Position numbers and translations under genes: made by a program. A stretch of 63,333 nt of DNA, counting the filler, from Reticulomyxa filosa (Eukaryota > Protista > Foraminifera), in assembly GCA_000512085.1 (NCBI GenBank). It is 24 parts of 24 records of this genome, joined end to end, with 100 filler letters (N's around TTAATTAATTAA, not from the genome) between each part and the next. Parts side by side here need not be neighbours in the genome. Positions count along the whole stretch, not along the records: positions 36,082 to 42,180 come from ASPP01005493.1; positions 42,281 to 45,983 come from ASPP01008372.1; positions 46,084 to 49,458 come from ASPP01008847.1; positions 49,559 to 51,277 come from ASPP01024757.1; positions 51,378 to 52,648 come from ASPP01041290.1; 19 more parts are not named here. One strand, 5' to 3'. Shown here piece after piece: positions 39,585-52,748 of the stretch. The notes under the pieces were generated by a model. It saw only the letters and a list, made by a program, of their open reading frames with translations. It searched no databases and was not told the origin of the DNA. Positions within the stretch are counted from its first letter, which is position 1. Each line of letters starts with the position of its first letter.

Positions 39585-41587
39585 TTGCTTTCGGACAATA
39601 ACAAACATTTTAATCCAACTGCTTTGGACACATCATATAAATCAGTTGAAAAGTCTTTGAGTTCCCTATCGATTCTGGAAATGAATAAAACGATCAAATC
39701 ACAAGCGTCATTGAAGATATCTAACAATAATCATAACAATAACAGCAATAATAATAATAATAATAATAATAGTAATAATAATAATGCAACAGCAACAATG
39801 AATCCCAATGGAAATAGCCATGTTTGGTTACATTTTATGTGGATCTGGTCTCACTCCAAAAAAACAAAAGTAAAAAAAACATACATACACATACACATAC
39901 AAAAAATATATAAACTATATCAAATCGTTTGCTCCAATTAGAAAGGTCTGATTTCTTCTTTGGAAATACGTTCTGACAAACAAAACAACCATTTGAGCGG
40001 CTTGAAACGCAGAGCAACAGACACGGACTACGCGGGACATTCTCCAAGTTTCAAAGAATCATTTACTTGTGTTTTTTTTTTTTTTTAAATGGTGTATTGT
40101 TCCTTCCTTTTTTTTTTTTTTATGGGTTTGAGAAAAATGGAATGTCGCTTTCTGCGTTTGAATGACATCGAACACAGCAAAAAGACGACGCACTGGAAAC
40201 TGCAGCGAAATGAATGGGACTTGCTTGGTCATGAATGTGAGCATGAATATAAATAAAAATAGTCCCTTGCTTCACCAGTCGACCGCAAATAGACATAAAA
40301 AAAGTGCGAACAAAGAGGGCAATGGACTTGTAAAAAAAGAAGAGGATACAATAACAACAAACTCGTCATTTATGTCAAATTGTACACTATCAACTGCGAC
40401 GACGACGACGACGACGACGACGACGGCGCTCGGACCAAATGAAGACTTGCCACCTTTGGAAACGATTCAATCTTCCACGACACCCCCGACACCGATGTCG
40501 GCATCCACATCCACATCCACATCCACAGCCACATCCACACCCACGCCGACACTCACGCCGACGCTCACGCCAGTGCCGATCTTGACAACCACACCGACGC
40601 CGCAGATGGCAACAGAATGGAATGACTTTGCAAGTGTGTCGTGCTTTTGTCTGGGAATTGATCAAAGATATCGAGTCCGATATCAGTCGAAAGACAGACA
40701 GCCCCCATGGAAACATAAAGGCAAAGACAAAGAGAAACACAAAGCAGTCAATCCGACTATCGCTCGCTCCGATCTTCATTTTCAATCATCCACAGATAAT
40801 CATCATGACATTCATTATGAAACACCATTATTTAATATCACACTTCAACATTGCATTGGCAATGGTATCCCTGAGGATGTTCACTCTCTCATCAGGTATT
40901 GTTTTGTGTTGCAATCAATATCTTTTGAGACATGCTGAACACACAATTGATGGTAACAATTTATCACAAAAACTATAACAATAATTATAATTATAATTAT
41001 AATTATACTAATAATTATACTTTATTATTACTATTATTATAACAATAATAATAATAATAACAATAATGATAAAGAACATTACTACACAAAACACTCAATA
41101 ATAATCACTCACAATAAAAAGACGTCGAGAGCAGGGCCGCGAGAATATTAAAAGGCTGCAACATAAAATGGGTGTTGTCATCGATGTGCAAAAGGAACCA
41201 AATCGTCCTAAATGCAATTGGGACAAACTATTGGACGCAGTTACTTTTTGTGCACATAATGCTCGATTGCGACGACGACAGCGACGTGAGTCGCTCGCGA
41301 CTGTGTGCAATACATTACAAACTCATTTTCAAAGAAAAAAACAATGGCCCACCAACGCACAATCCCATCCCAATTCCAATTGCAATGACTCACAACAAAT
41401 TGCACATCGTGTCTCCTCTCACGTGTCACAATGGTTCACGAACCAGTGTCATCTCCAATTTGACCAACGTTTTGTCAAACACAAAAGCCAACTTACAAAA
41501 GTGAAGAGCGACAACACAGGGAAAGGGAATGGAGCTGGAAGGGGAGGGGAGAGGGGAGAGGGGAGAGGGGAGAGGGAAGAAAGATAA
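39585..41587 (+). CDS. Multi-exon low-complexity (poly-N, T/P-rich) hypothetical protein
   Basis: Same-strand ORFs 39585-39941, 40162-40938 and 41168-41587 are separated by microsatellite-rich intron-like DNA. Confidence 0.5.
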
Positions 41588-42344
41588 AAGTGCAAATGAG
41601 ATTGGACATGATTATAGAAGGGAAATAGGGGGAGGGGGAGGAGGAGGAGAGAGGATGACCAACTTTTAATCCAATATGCAATCCTTTAAAAAAAAATTTT
41701 AAATTCTTACATTTTGCATATTTCAAAAGAGTTGGAGATGCACATGCAAGTGACGATTTTTGATTTAATGAATGCATTTGAATGAATGTATGTTTGTGTG
41801 TGTATGGGGGGCTGTTTGGACAGTTGCTGACAAAGGCTGCACTACGTTGATGAAATCGATTCATTCAGTTTTTTTGCTACACATTGCGACATATATGTAT
41901 CTAGACACACATGTGTATATGTTTTTATGTGTATTCCTTTTTCTTTGTTTCGTGTTTTTCTTTAAGTCATTACAAAAACCTGCTAAAAAAAAAAACAATG
42001 AATAGAAAATGCTCAACGGTAGTTCGTATTTGGCAAATGTTCGAACAAAGTATGAAAAAAAAAATGGAATTCATAGAAAAGATGAGTGTATGCAGTTTAG
42101 TTCTAGTCACATCATTGCCAATGTGAGGGCAAGCAAAATAGATTTGAGTATTATGCACAAATAAATAAATACATAAAAAANNNNNNNNNNNNNNNNNNNN
42201 NNNNNNNNNNNNNNNNNNNNNNNNTTAATTAATTAANNNNNNNNNNNNNNNNNNNNNNNNNNNNNNNNNNNNNNNNNNNNATATATATATATATATTGAA
42301 TTTATGTTGTGTCTGTGTGTATGCGTGATACTTACTTTTGCGTT

Positions 42345-45183
42345 AATGCATGTCCAAACGTCTACTAGATGGAGCTCTCAAATATGCACAGTGCATAACT
42401 TTTGGAGGCAATGTGTTTGTATTTGGCGGTGAAGCGCAATCGCTCGGCTTAATTCGCAACCGAGTATACATGTATAACAACACTAAATCAGCGTGGCAAG
42501 ATTTAGATAATCTGCTGGTTAATATAAATACATTTTGTGATAAATAGCTATTACATGACTTAATTAGACCCCTCTTGCATCTCCCTGCTCTCCCCCCCTT
42601 TTTTTTTTTTTTTTTGAATTGAACCACAAATGAACATCTTCCCTCTTCTCTTTTGTGATTTGGGGGGGGGGAGGAGGGTAATATAGATGGCACGTTCCAT
42701 GGGACAAGCTGTGGCGATAGACAATTACGTGATGCTGGTGGGTGGAAAGGGCAGCAGTCAAAGTGCTCATTCATTGGCGACAATAGAAGTATACGACTTG
42801 TCCACATTGACAAACGAAGGATTTGCATCCTCTCTGTTCCGATCGAGGTATGCATTTGGAATGGCTTACTCCTCCTCTCGAAAAATCTTGTTTGCAATCG
42901 GTGGATATGATCAAGCGTATCCCCAAGCCACATGGGAATACTTGGATTTCAGACAAACCACAATCCAACAGTATCTCCTTCCAAGTATCTTTATATACAA
43001 TTTTTTTTTTTTTTTTTTGTGGAGAGGGGGGGAGGGGGGGGGGGTCTTCTTTACATGCGTTTACACACAAATCTACGACACAACATTGTTCGAAGAAGAA
43101 GAAGACAAGACAAGCAAACGTATACATAATATAACAAAAAAAAAAAAAAAGAAAATTCGCCAGCGACAATATTTGTCTACAATGTCGACAAATTGAATGG
43201 AAGTTTGTCAGTGTATAACATGAACAACAACTTGACAACTGACAATTTGCTGGAGGCGTACCAACTAGCCGCGAGTGAGGCCAATTCGTCCGTGGCTGTC
43301 ATCACCGACTTGGTCGTCGAACAGAACAACATTTTTGCGATTCAATCGGGCAATTCCATCGCCACGGTCTCTTGTCAACATATCCTTTCCTCACTCCCTT
43401 GCACCGTCCTTGTCCAGTCTGGGAGCTTTCTGCATTTGTTAGAGCCTTCCTCTTTGATTGATCATTTCCGACTTGTCATTACTGGTCTTTATATATGTAA
43501 CATATACGTATATACATATATATGTATATATATATATATGTATACATATATGTGTTGTATGAACACGATTGACTTCTATGAGGACATTGCCTGAACTTAA
43601 CCAAATCCCCCCCCTTTTTTTTTTTAATGTGCATGTGACTTGCTTTTGAAGGCTTTAAGTTTCTCGCGCAGTCGTACGTGTACACGTTTGTAAGTGAAAA
43701 CTTCGAATTCAGGTCGGTGCATGTGCTGTTCAAAGACTCGACAGTGGAGCTGAACACGACCGACGGTGCAGCCGTGTTTTCGCAAAGGGCGATAGCAGAG
43801 GCCTCGGTAACGCTCGAGTTGCAAAACGTAGTCGTGAATGGGAGTTACAGCTCTGGCCCAAGTGCAGTAGGGGATATTGATGGAAATGTTATCCTTTCCA
43901 ATGTCACGATTTCGCACGTGCAATCCAATGGCATCTCTCAATCATCTTTAGTTCTGGAAGTCGGTTCGATTGAAATCCATCAATTGGCCGTCGTTTCATC
44001 TTCTGCAGAATCCTTTGTTATCAGTTTGAGTAGTGTGCAATCGGTTACCATTACTGGTCTTATTTGTCAAGATCTTGTATGTTTATATATATATATATAT
44101 TTAAATATATGTATGTATATTTATTTTTATGTAATTTTTTTTTTTTGAATAGAACAATTCAGGCTGTATTTATATTGAAAGAGCAAATGGAAACGTGACG
44201 ATATCGAATGTGACAGTGATGAACGTGAACAAGTGCACATGTGGGGGTATATCGATAAGCAATAGTTCGGGCAACTTGTTGATACGTGATGTGAAAGTGA
44301 CTGAAATTGCAAATGTGACGGTGGGCGGAGTGCTCATATATAATCACCAGAGTGGGACCATTGACATATCCAGACTACGGGCTTCGAACGTGGTGAACGC
44401 GATATACGGCGGCATTTGTTTGAACACCACCACGAGAGGACTTGCGTTGTCTGACTTGACATTTGAAAGCATGAGCAACGTAGAAATAGGTGGGGTGTAT
44501 GTGATGGATGGCACAGAATTGGTAACCATTTCCAACGTCGATGTTCATGACATAAACTGTTCGTACATTTGTAGTCTGTCGATATTTTGCGACGGACATC
44601 TGATTCTATCGCAAATGACAGTGGCAAGAGTGGTGTCCAAAGTTGTGGCAGGAGTCTATGTAGCGGGATCGAGCCAAAATGTGATGGAGTTGTCGAATAT
44701 TACCATGAAGTCCTTGGAGGGCTATCTAAGCCCTTTGTATTTGGTCAACTCCCCTTATGTGAGTGCGCGCGATCTACGATTCTATTCCATCAATTCCACC
44801 TTTGGCGCTGCCTTCATGTGCTGGTCGTGCGGTCTGTTGGATCTAACCAACTCCTCTTTTATCGGCTGTCGCAATCTGTTTGGCATTGGAGGGGCTCTCG
44901 ACTTCACGGGCAGTGGCAATCTTACCAGCTTGACTTGCCAATACAGTCAGTTTCAGTTTTGCTCCGCTTTGATCGGTGGAGCCATGTACGTAAGTAACCA
45001 GTGGGGTTACTCCAACTTTTCCTCCCTCTATTTCTACGGCAATGTTGCCAAAAAGCAGGGCGGTGCTATCCTGTCTGACGGTGGAAATCTGGGCGTGTAT
45101 AAGTCCGTGTTTGAAAGGAACTCTGCAGATTCTGGAGGCGCTATTGGTTTGATTTTTTTTTACATTTTGATAATATAATACAC

Positions 45184-45229
<46 letters not shown>

Positions 45230-45882
45230 ACATGTGTAAATAGCCTTTGAACCATTGGTAGAGGAAACATTAGTTCTTGAAGACTCCAAATTTTTAAATA
45301 ACTTGGTGTCCAGTGATGGAGGCGCCGTCGCAAACCTTGGCGTTGGCAATTATTCTGTTCACAGATCCCTATTTTATCGCAACGTTGCCAGAGTGCATGG
45401 CGGAGGCTTTTTCGATGGAAATGGCTATATCGATTGCAAAGCCAATTTGTCCCTGTTGACCAGCTCTGTGTTTGATAACAACACCGCCCAACAGGTATCC
45501 TCAATACTTTTTGTTTTGACAGACTCAACACAATTGTGTCGAAATTACAACTCCTTCACAAGGGGGCAGGCATGTTCATCCGAGGCTGTAACATCAGCGT
45601 AGAGGACTCCACATTTATTAACAATTATGCCATGAGTCTCGGCGGTGCCTTGATGGTCGACGCCGCCAACAGCCAAAACCAAGTCAAGAATGTAACCATT
45701 GCAAACAATACTGCCAACCTCAGTGGCGGCGGCATTTCTATTACCGGTGGGAACTTGATCGTCACTGGGTCTCGAATCGTCCAAAACACTGCACAAAACT
45801 ATGGAGGCGGAATTTATGTCTTTGTTACCAAAGGATGGACCCTTGATCTTTTTGTACAAAATACGACCATTTCTTACAATCA
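42345..45882 (+). CDS. Kelch-repeat plus parallel beta-helix (Pmp/POMP-like GGA[ILV]/FxxN repeat) protein; about 7 exons, partial
   Basis: Kelch blades are NVFVFGGE, VMLVGG and RYAFGMAY..LFAIGGYD. They are followed by ISNVTV-type beta-helix rungs and FYGNVAKKQGGAI, FERNSADSGGAI, FLNNLVSSDGGAV, FINNYAMSLGGAL and NTAQNYGGGIY. All exons are on the + strand of one contig. Confidence 0.8.
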
Positions 45883-46083
45883 GGTATTGTTTGCGTTATG
45901 TAAACACTTGTTTTCATTCGTGTGTTTGTGTGTGACAAGGCAAATGCTCCCTTTGCTTGTTTTTTTTTTTTTTTTTTTTTTTTNNNNNNNNNNNNNNNNN
46001 NNNNNNNNNNNNNNNNNNNNNNNNNNNTTAATTAATTAANNNNNNNNNNNNNNNNNNNNNNNNNNNNNNNNNNNNNNNNNNNN

Positions 46084-49000
46084 AAGTATTGGGAAAGAAA
46101 ATGAAAGTACTAGTGATCATGATTTAAGGAAACGGGCGACGACTTTCATACAAAATGAAAGAAAAAAGGAAGCAGGAAAACAAAAGTACGATGGAACATA
46201 AAAGGAAACGCTAAATCAAGAGCTCCTAAATGCAAAAAAAAACAAACTAGCAAGATAACTGATTCCAAAGGCGCGAACAAGGGTGTGGAAATGGATTTTG
46301 ATTTTAGTAAGAATTCCCCCATACAAAGAATGAGAATCGATTAAGGTGCAATTGCAAATTAATAAAAAGACCACATACAGTGACAAACCTGACAAGTGAT
46401 TTCACGAGATATGACTTTTAAAACAATGTGGCAAACAATGACGAGAATACGCAATAACGCAAGTATTCAAGATCAATTAGTAACTTTTATGAACGTATAC
46501 AGAAGTAGATGGTATTACGAAAAAATGTAACAACATGGGACGAAGAACAATGTATTAAAAAAGAATATGTAAGACTTGAAGATGAAGAATATAATACAAA
46601 TAACCAAACTTTAACTTATAGCAACAATGAATGCAACATAATCGAAAGATAACGACACAAAAAGTGACAATATGTTTGAAAATAAAACATTGATATAAAT
46701 ACAAAAAATTGAACAAGGTTACTAAATCAAGAAAATTGTAAATGAAAAATCAATAAAGCATAAAGAAAAATAAGTGATTGAAGAAATTGTAATTACAGTA
46801 CAATTGACAATCACATAGATAAAGTACATAAAGTAGAAATGCTGAAGCACAAAACACAATAATAGAATTTTGCAAAGCATACGACGCAATTTCAAGACAA
46901 AATGTATTGGTGTATAAAATGCAGAAACAGATTATGGACACAAATGAACAAAGATATAATGTAAAAGAAAAATAAAGAAAGTTTATGACACAATAAATGA
47001 TATATGAATACATACAAACAAAATAAAAATATGAATAAACAAATGAAACAAGTAGTAGAATGTATTTAAAAATCAAACAAAAGATGAATATGATAACAAA
47101 TACAACGGAAGATATATAAGGAAGAAATATAATAGTAGATTAAATAATGAATATTTGCATGGAAGACACAGAAAACGATATATATTTTCTACAGTAATAA
47201 GAAAATTGGCAAGAGTACACAAATAGAAATTTACAAGAGGAAAAGCGAATGCAATATAATATTTTAAAACATAAATGGATATTTTCAAAATAAGATGAAT
47301 AAATATTCATTTTTCAGAATATTCCTGAACAAGCAAGACATTACATGATATGTCGTTACACAAAATGAAATATGTAATGTTTTTTTTCTTCTTCTAATAC
47401 TTTTAAAATATTAACTATTTTTGTATTGTTTTATACACTTTTATTAAAAACCAAACACTTTTTTGGATTCTCCAGGATGATTATGTATTATTTAAAAAAA
47501 GAATTTTGAATAAGTGTTGATTTTTCATGAAGAAAGAAATCAATGTTCATATGGGTTTATTTTAGGTGGATCTTTTTTTAATTGCTGATTGTATCATAAT
47601 AACGAGCATTGACAAGCGAAATGAAATTAAGTAATGAAATGTGTATAATGATCAGCAATAAAAGTTCTAAAAATATAGCATTGAAGAAGACAACGAACAT
47701 TTTATGCAAGCGAAAGTATTCTCAGTCATGGATTATGAGATAGTGAATGAACATGACTTCTGGCAGAAAGCAGAGCCAAAAATGGAAGTAATCAAACAAT
47801 ACGTAGCATCGGACCATTATACAATAAAATGCACTTTCAAAGAAGCGGGGAAACAGTAAAAGAAAGAATGAAGCTGATACGGAAAACACCGAAGACGAAA
47901 TGCAAAAAGGAAGTGAAAAAGAGATATATCAAATAATAGAAGATATTAAAAACAGAAGGAATGAATGAAGAACAAGGAGTGAAAGCAGATGTAATGAAAC
48001 AAGTAGTAAACAAATTAGCAGCACAAGGCAATCTTCGTGGACTGCATATCGAACAAAGTAATAAAAGTGATTGTAAATGAAAAACCGGAAATATTTAAAA
48101 CGTTTGTAAATAAGATGTTAGAAGATCATGATTGTATCTAGAAAGTTGTTAAATCAAAACTAACAATTATATAAAAAAAGTTTGTCTAAAGACACCTGAT
48201 GCAAATGTATAATAGCAAAGCCAGAAATTTTGATATTGATCGATAAGATTATACTAGATAGAATAAGATCAAAGATTAAAGTTGAGAAACAAAGAGGGTT
48301 CAGAAAATGGGCGGTAAATAAACTGATAATGTTTATACTTGATTTTATCATGCGATGCAAATATCAAAAAGCATACATATATATTGAATGTGGACCCCAG
48401 GAAGGCATTCGATTCAGTATGGCATGAGGGTTTAGTTGTCAAGCTTAATGAAATCGAAATACAGTGGAAGATACTAGTCTTGATAAACAGTATACTTAGA
48501 GATGATTGTGTAATCTGGTACTAGAAGTATATTATGAAAAGCAGATGCCTTTGAAAAGAGTGAACGATCAAGGGTATTTATTTAACGTTTACGTAAATGA
48601 CATTATCAGAAGGATAAACATTTTATCAAGGCACCAAGACATATACGGTGAAAGAACGTCGAAGTGCATAATGCACGAGGATGACTTGATCATCTGGGAA
48701 AATACAAAAGAAAGTGTGACAATATTAGTAGATACAATTAACACGTATTGTAAAAAATAGAAATTACAACTGAATGTTGAAAAAAGTAATATAACAAATA
48801 CAAAAAGGAAAAGCAACACAGAGAGTAACAAGCAATAAAGATAAAAGGTGTATCTAGTGGTGATAATATATACAAAAACAGAGCTCTGGAATAAACATCT
48901 GGGTTAACTAATAAGAAGTGTATATAGCAACGCGTAACAAGGAAATAATAGGGGGCACTAGGAATAATACTATCAAATGCGAGACTAGATCTGCTTCTCC

Positions 49001-49200
49001 TGAAGACACAGTACGATATCTTATACAAGGAAAATATGCAGAAAAAATATGTAAAACTTGAAATGAAGCAGAAAAGAATACACATTAAAAGTAGCAAAAA
49101 TCAATAGATTATAAACTAAGCGATTGGCGTATATGAAACACTTAAAGAATATGAACTGGATGAGTTCTGGAGCGAACAAATAGAAATACCAAATACACAA
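46084..49200 (+). mobile_element. Decayed non-LTR (LINE) retrotransposon with APE endonuclease and reverse transcriptase remnants
   Basis: APE motifs are TF..SVMDYEIV (~47700-47750) and ASDHYTI (~47806-47826). RT motifs are QRGFRK (~48290), DPRKAFDSVWHEGL (~48393-48434), LFNVYVNDI, MHEDDLIIW (YADD site, 48671-48697), LQLNVEKS and KHLG. There are multiple frameshifts and stops. The 5' boundary and ORF1 are uncertain. Confidence 0.85.
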
Positions 49201-49579
49201 TGAAAAAAACGTACAATCTTGACAAAATTGTCTTTAATGATAGCTTGAATAACGACTTGTCATTATAAAAAAATTTTCGATAATTCAATGATAATAAAAT
49301 TTTCAAACATTAAAAAAAAGATAAAACTGAATAGTCCAAACCAATTCAGTACGTTATAACAAACTTTTTTCTATCAATTGGTGAAATTTTTGATTAAGAA
49401 TTTTGTTTGCATTGTATTTTATTATTGCGTGTAGTTGTTAATGTTGGAAAAAATTTGCNNNNNNNNNNNNNNNNNNNNNNNNNNNNNNNNNNNNNNNNNN
49501 NNTTAATTAATTAANNNNNNNNNNNNNNNNNNNNNNNNNNNNNNNNNNNNNNNNNNNNAGATAAATTTAAATATTTTTT

Positions 49580-49670
49580 CTTTTTCCATACACTTTCATA
49601 TTTCATAATCCAAATATGTTTATATTCAGTTGGTCCTTGTCCACCAAATGATAATAAAGTATGAAAAGGA
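49580..49670 (-). pseudogene. Short relic of the kelch-like family
   Basis: The minus strand reads TLLSFGGQG..NIFGL/MKYESVW, which resembles ITLLSFG..HTLVMKYVSVW of 13609-14436. Confidence 0.5.
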
Positions 49671-51377
49671 TAAGTAGAAACATATTTAAATAAATTTTTG
49701 GACGTATGGCATGAAAAATAATGATTTGTAAAAAATAAATTTCATTTGAATTTGGTATGGATATACATTGGCAATTATGAAAAAGAAGAGTTAATGCAAT
49801 AGTAAAAGAAGATGGATTTGATGATTTTGTAATTGATGATTATCTTTGAATTAGTGTATTTGGAATCAATTCTATATTGTTGATTTTAATCTTGATATTG
49901 ATATTACTCTTTGTAATACCGTTAAATCCACTCAAAATGTAAATAAATTGCTGATTTTTATCTAAAAAGACTTCAAAAAATAGACTTTAAATTTACTTTT
50001 TTTTCACAGGGTGTCTGTTATAAAAAAAACTGTTTAAGGGAAACAAGTAAAGAAGTGAGACAATGGATGGTCATTGTAATCAAAGTACAATTATTATTTT
50101 GCAAAAAAAGATTTATGTCAGACTTGATCAAAGTTTTTCTATTGCCATCTGGAGCCAATTTAAATCCTTGATAGGAACATAGACCAAAAAAAGGGACTTC
50201 ACGCGTATTTACGTCTTGCCAAACAATTGTGTTGGTTCCAAATATCGCAATCTGGTTTGGTATCTATGCTATTTTTCAAGATTTAATATCTTTCATTAAT
50301 TGAAGTCCACTTTAACGAAATTAAAAAAATATTTTGCATTAACTCTTTTTCAACAGTCCCCATACTATCATATTGTCCACTTTTCAATGCAATCCAATTT
50401 GATTTTCATGTTCATTGCTTATCCATGTCCACTCATATGCTTTTCGTAAATTTCTTTGTTCACACATTTGGGCAGTATTCCAATTCTACCACTGTTTAGT
50501 TCGTCGTTCAATTCGTTGTTGTAAAGGTCGCTCGTAGTGTATTCCTCGCTAGTCTTAATACACCAAAAAAGAATTCTCATATTTAGTTGTTTAAGAATTG
50601 GAGATATTTAGGTTGAAAAATAATGTTGGTATTTCAATTCGTTTGTCCCCTTTCCATTAACTTTTTTTTTTAACTTGTGGGGTGCAAGACACCTTTTTTA
50701 TTTTGACATTTTTTACTTAAAGTAATTTAATGATTGCAACTCTATTTCTAAAATTATTATTAAAATTGTCCACAGTTTTGTGATTGTAAGTTTTTGAAAA
50801 CAAACAAAGCGATATTCGTTGTTCAAACAGCAAATGTTCGTTCTTTCCACCTAGAAATGCCGCCCTCATAATCAACTTGAATGCCTTACAGGGCTGGAGG
50901 CTGATGATGGCCGACTCTACGAAAAGTTTGATTCCGGTTTAATGTTTCTGTCAATCTCGTCAAACTCTCGAATTGACAAAATTGTCAACTGCGTCAGTGG
51001 AGAGTTCTTTATCTTCAACATCACACTCCTTACCGAAATGATGGCTGTGTGATTATCAGCATTTCCACCATGTGGCACACATTCTCTCATGGACATATAT
51101 GACTTGTGTGAGTGACATACCCACAACATGGACGGGGAAATGGACGCGACATGTGATTGGAATATCAATATAGCGGGTCTATATTTTTATTTTATTTTAT
51201 TTTTTTTTTTACGATCGTATTGAAGATCATCGCACTACCATGACAAGTGCAACTGCGAATATGATTACTATTGCTACNNNNNNNNNNNNNNNNNNNNNNN
51301 NNNNNNNNNNNNNNNNNNNNNTTAATTAATTAANNNNNNNNNNNNNNNNNNNNNNNNNNNNNNNNNNNNNNNNNNNN

Positions 51378-52250
51378 TTGATAAATTTTCTCTATCACCC
51401 CAATTAATTGTACGGAAGTGCCAAGTATGATTGAGGATGAGACAGGCCCATTTGGTATGTGTTTGATTAGTATCAAAATGATTATACCATTGAATATGTA
51501 CATTGAATTCCAATGATAATTTGTTTGGATTTCCGACTTGTAATGATTTGATTTTTAATTTATTTTGATCAAATAACATTATTGTTCGCGATGTTCATAA
51601 TCAAATACACTTTGATAATCTTTCCATTTTCCATTCCATAACATACACAATCTTCCTGGAATAAGATATCTTGTTTTATATCTATTTAAAATGATTGGTT
51701 ATATCATTTGTTTTATTTATACAGCAAAACAAACACATATATATATATATATAACCAATACATGATTTGTTCGTTGATAAGTTCTCGATAGCTTTCCCAT
51801 AGATATAATACTTGAATGCAATCATACTGATAATACCAATTATCATCATTTCCTTTTTTTGAATCCAAGTTGTTGCAAATATACTTTCATCTCTTCAATC
51901 ATTTGCTCGAGGTCTAGATGGCATTTTAAAAGTAATTTGTTATATAAAGCTTGTTTGTTAATTTGCTGATATTTGATATATTTAGGATATTTCAAAATAT
52001 TCCATAAAATATGCAAACGCATTCTTCTCAATACTTTTAATTCTTTCAATCTATCATTTACAAATTTTATTTTACACTTATGTTTCATATTTGTTGTATG
52101 CTTCATTCGTATTAACTCATTCAAATTGGAAGTTGCACAAATTTCTTGTAATTGTATTCGTGTATCAATAAAAATTTGATTGTGATTTTTCCATGTTTTC
52201 AAAATAGTCGTTTTATCAATTTTATTACCAAAAATTTCTAATAAAAGCAT
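51378..52250 (-). CDS. PUB-domain-like protein of a lineage-expanded family; one frameshift in an A7 run near 51855
   Basis: LHILWNILKYPKYIKYQQIN..LQQLGF matches the PUB signature (NILxxPxxxKYxxI...GF). Removing one A restores GFKKGNDDNWYYQY. Downstream exons continue to the contig edge. Confidence 0.6.
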
Positions 52251-52748
52251 TAAATTTTGTTGCTGTTCGGAGGTTATGCTATATTAATGTATATTACTGA
52301 CATTAGTTTTAAAAAAAAGATAGTTGGTAAGATGTTTGTTGTGTTAGCTTCAACTCATTCTCTTCAATGAAACCCAGAATAATGGTTGTTTGCTCCAAGT
52401 CTTTCCTACATAAATTCCATGTTTTTAAGATAATCTCTTCTTTAATTGTATCGAATGATTCTTGAAGTTGTTGCATTTGAGATAGAGAAAGTAAACTTAA
52501 GATTATGCGATTTTTTTTTTAACGGAGTGAACTTTGTTGACTCTAAAAAAGACAAAGAATTTCCAATCAAATAAGAGATTTTCTGCAGATAAGACACAAA
52601 ACAATGAAATTGTTTCAAATAAAAATTGATTATAAAAGTCCTTTTCATNNNNNNNNNNNNNNNNNNNNNNNNNNNNNNNNNNNNNNNNNNNNTTAATTAA
52701 TTAANNNNNNNNNNNNNNNNNNNNNNNNNNNNNNNNNNNNNNNNNNNN

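Noticed and set aside
42345-45882. Bacterial (chlamydial) contamination as the source of the Pmp-like gene
   Set aside because: The gene is interrupted by host-style GT-AG introns with TA repeats and poly-A/T tracts.
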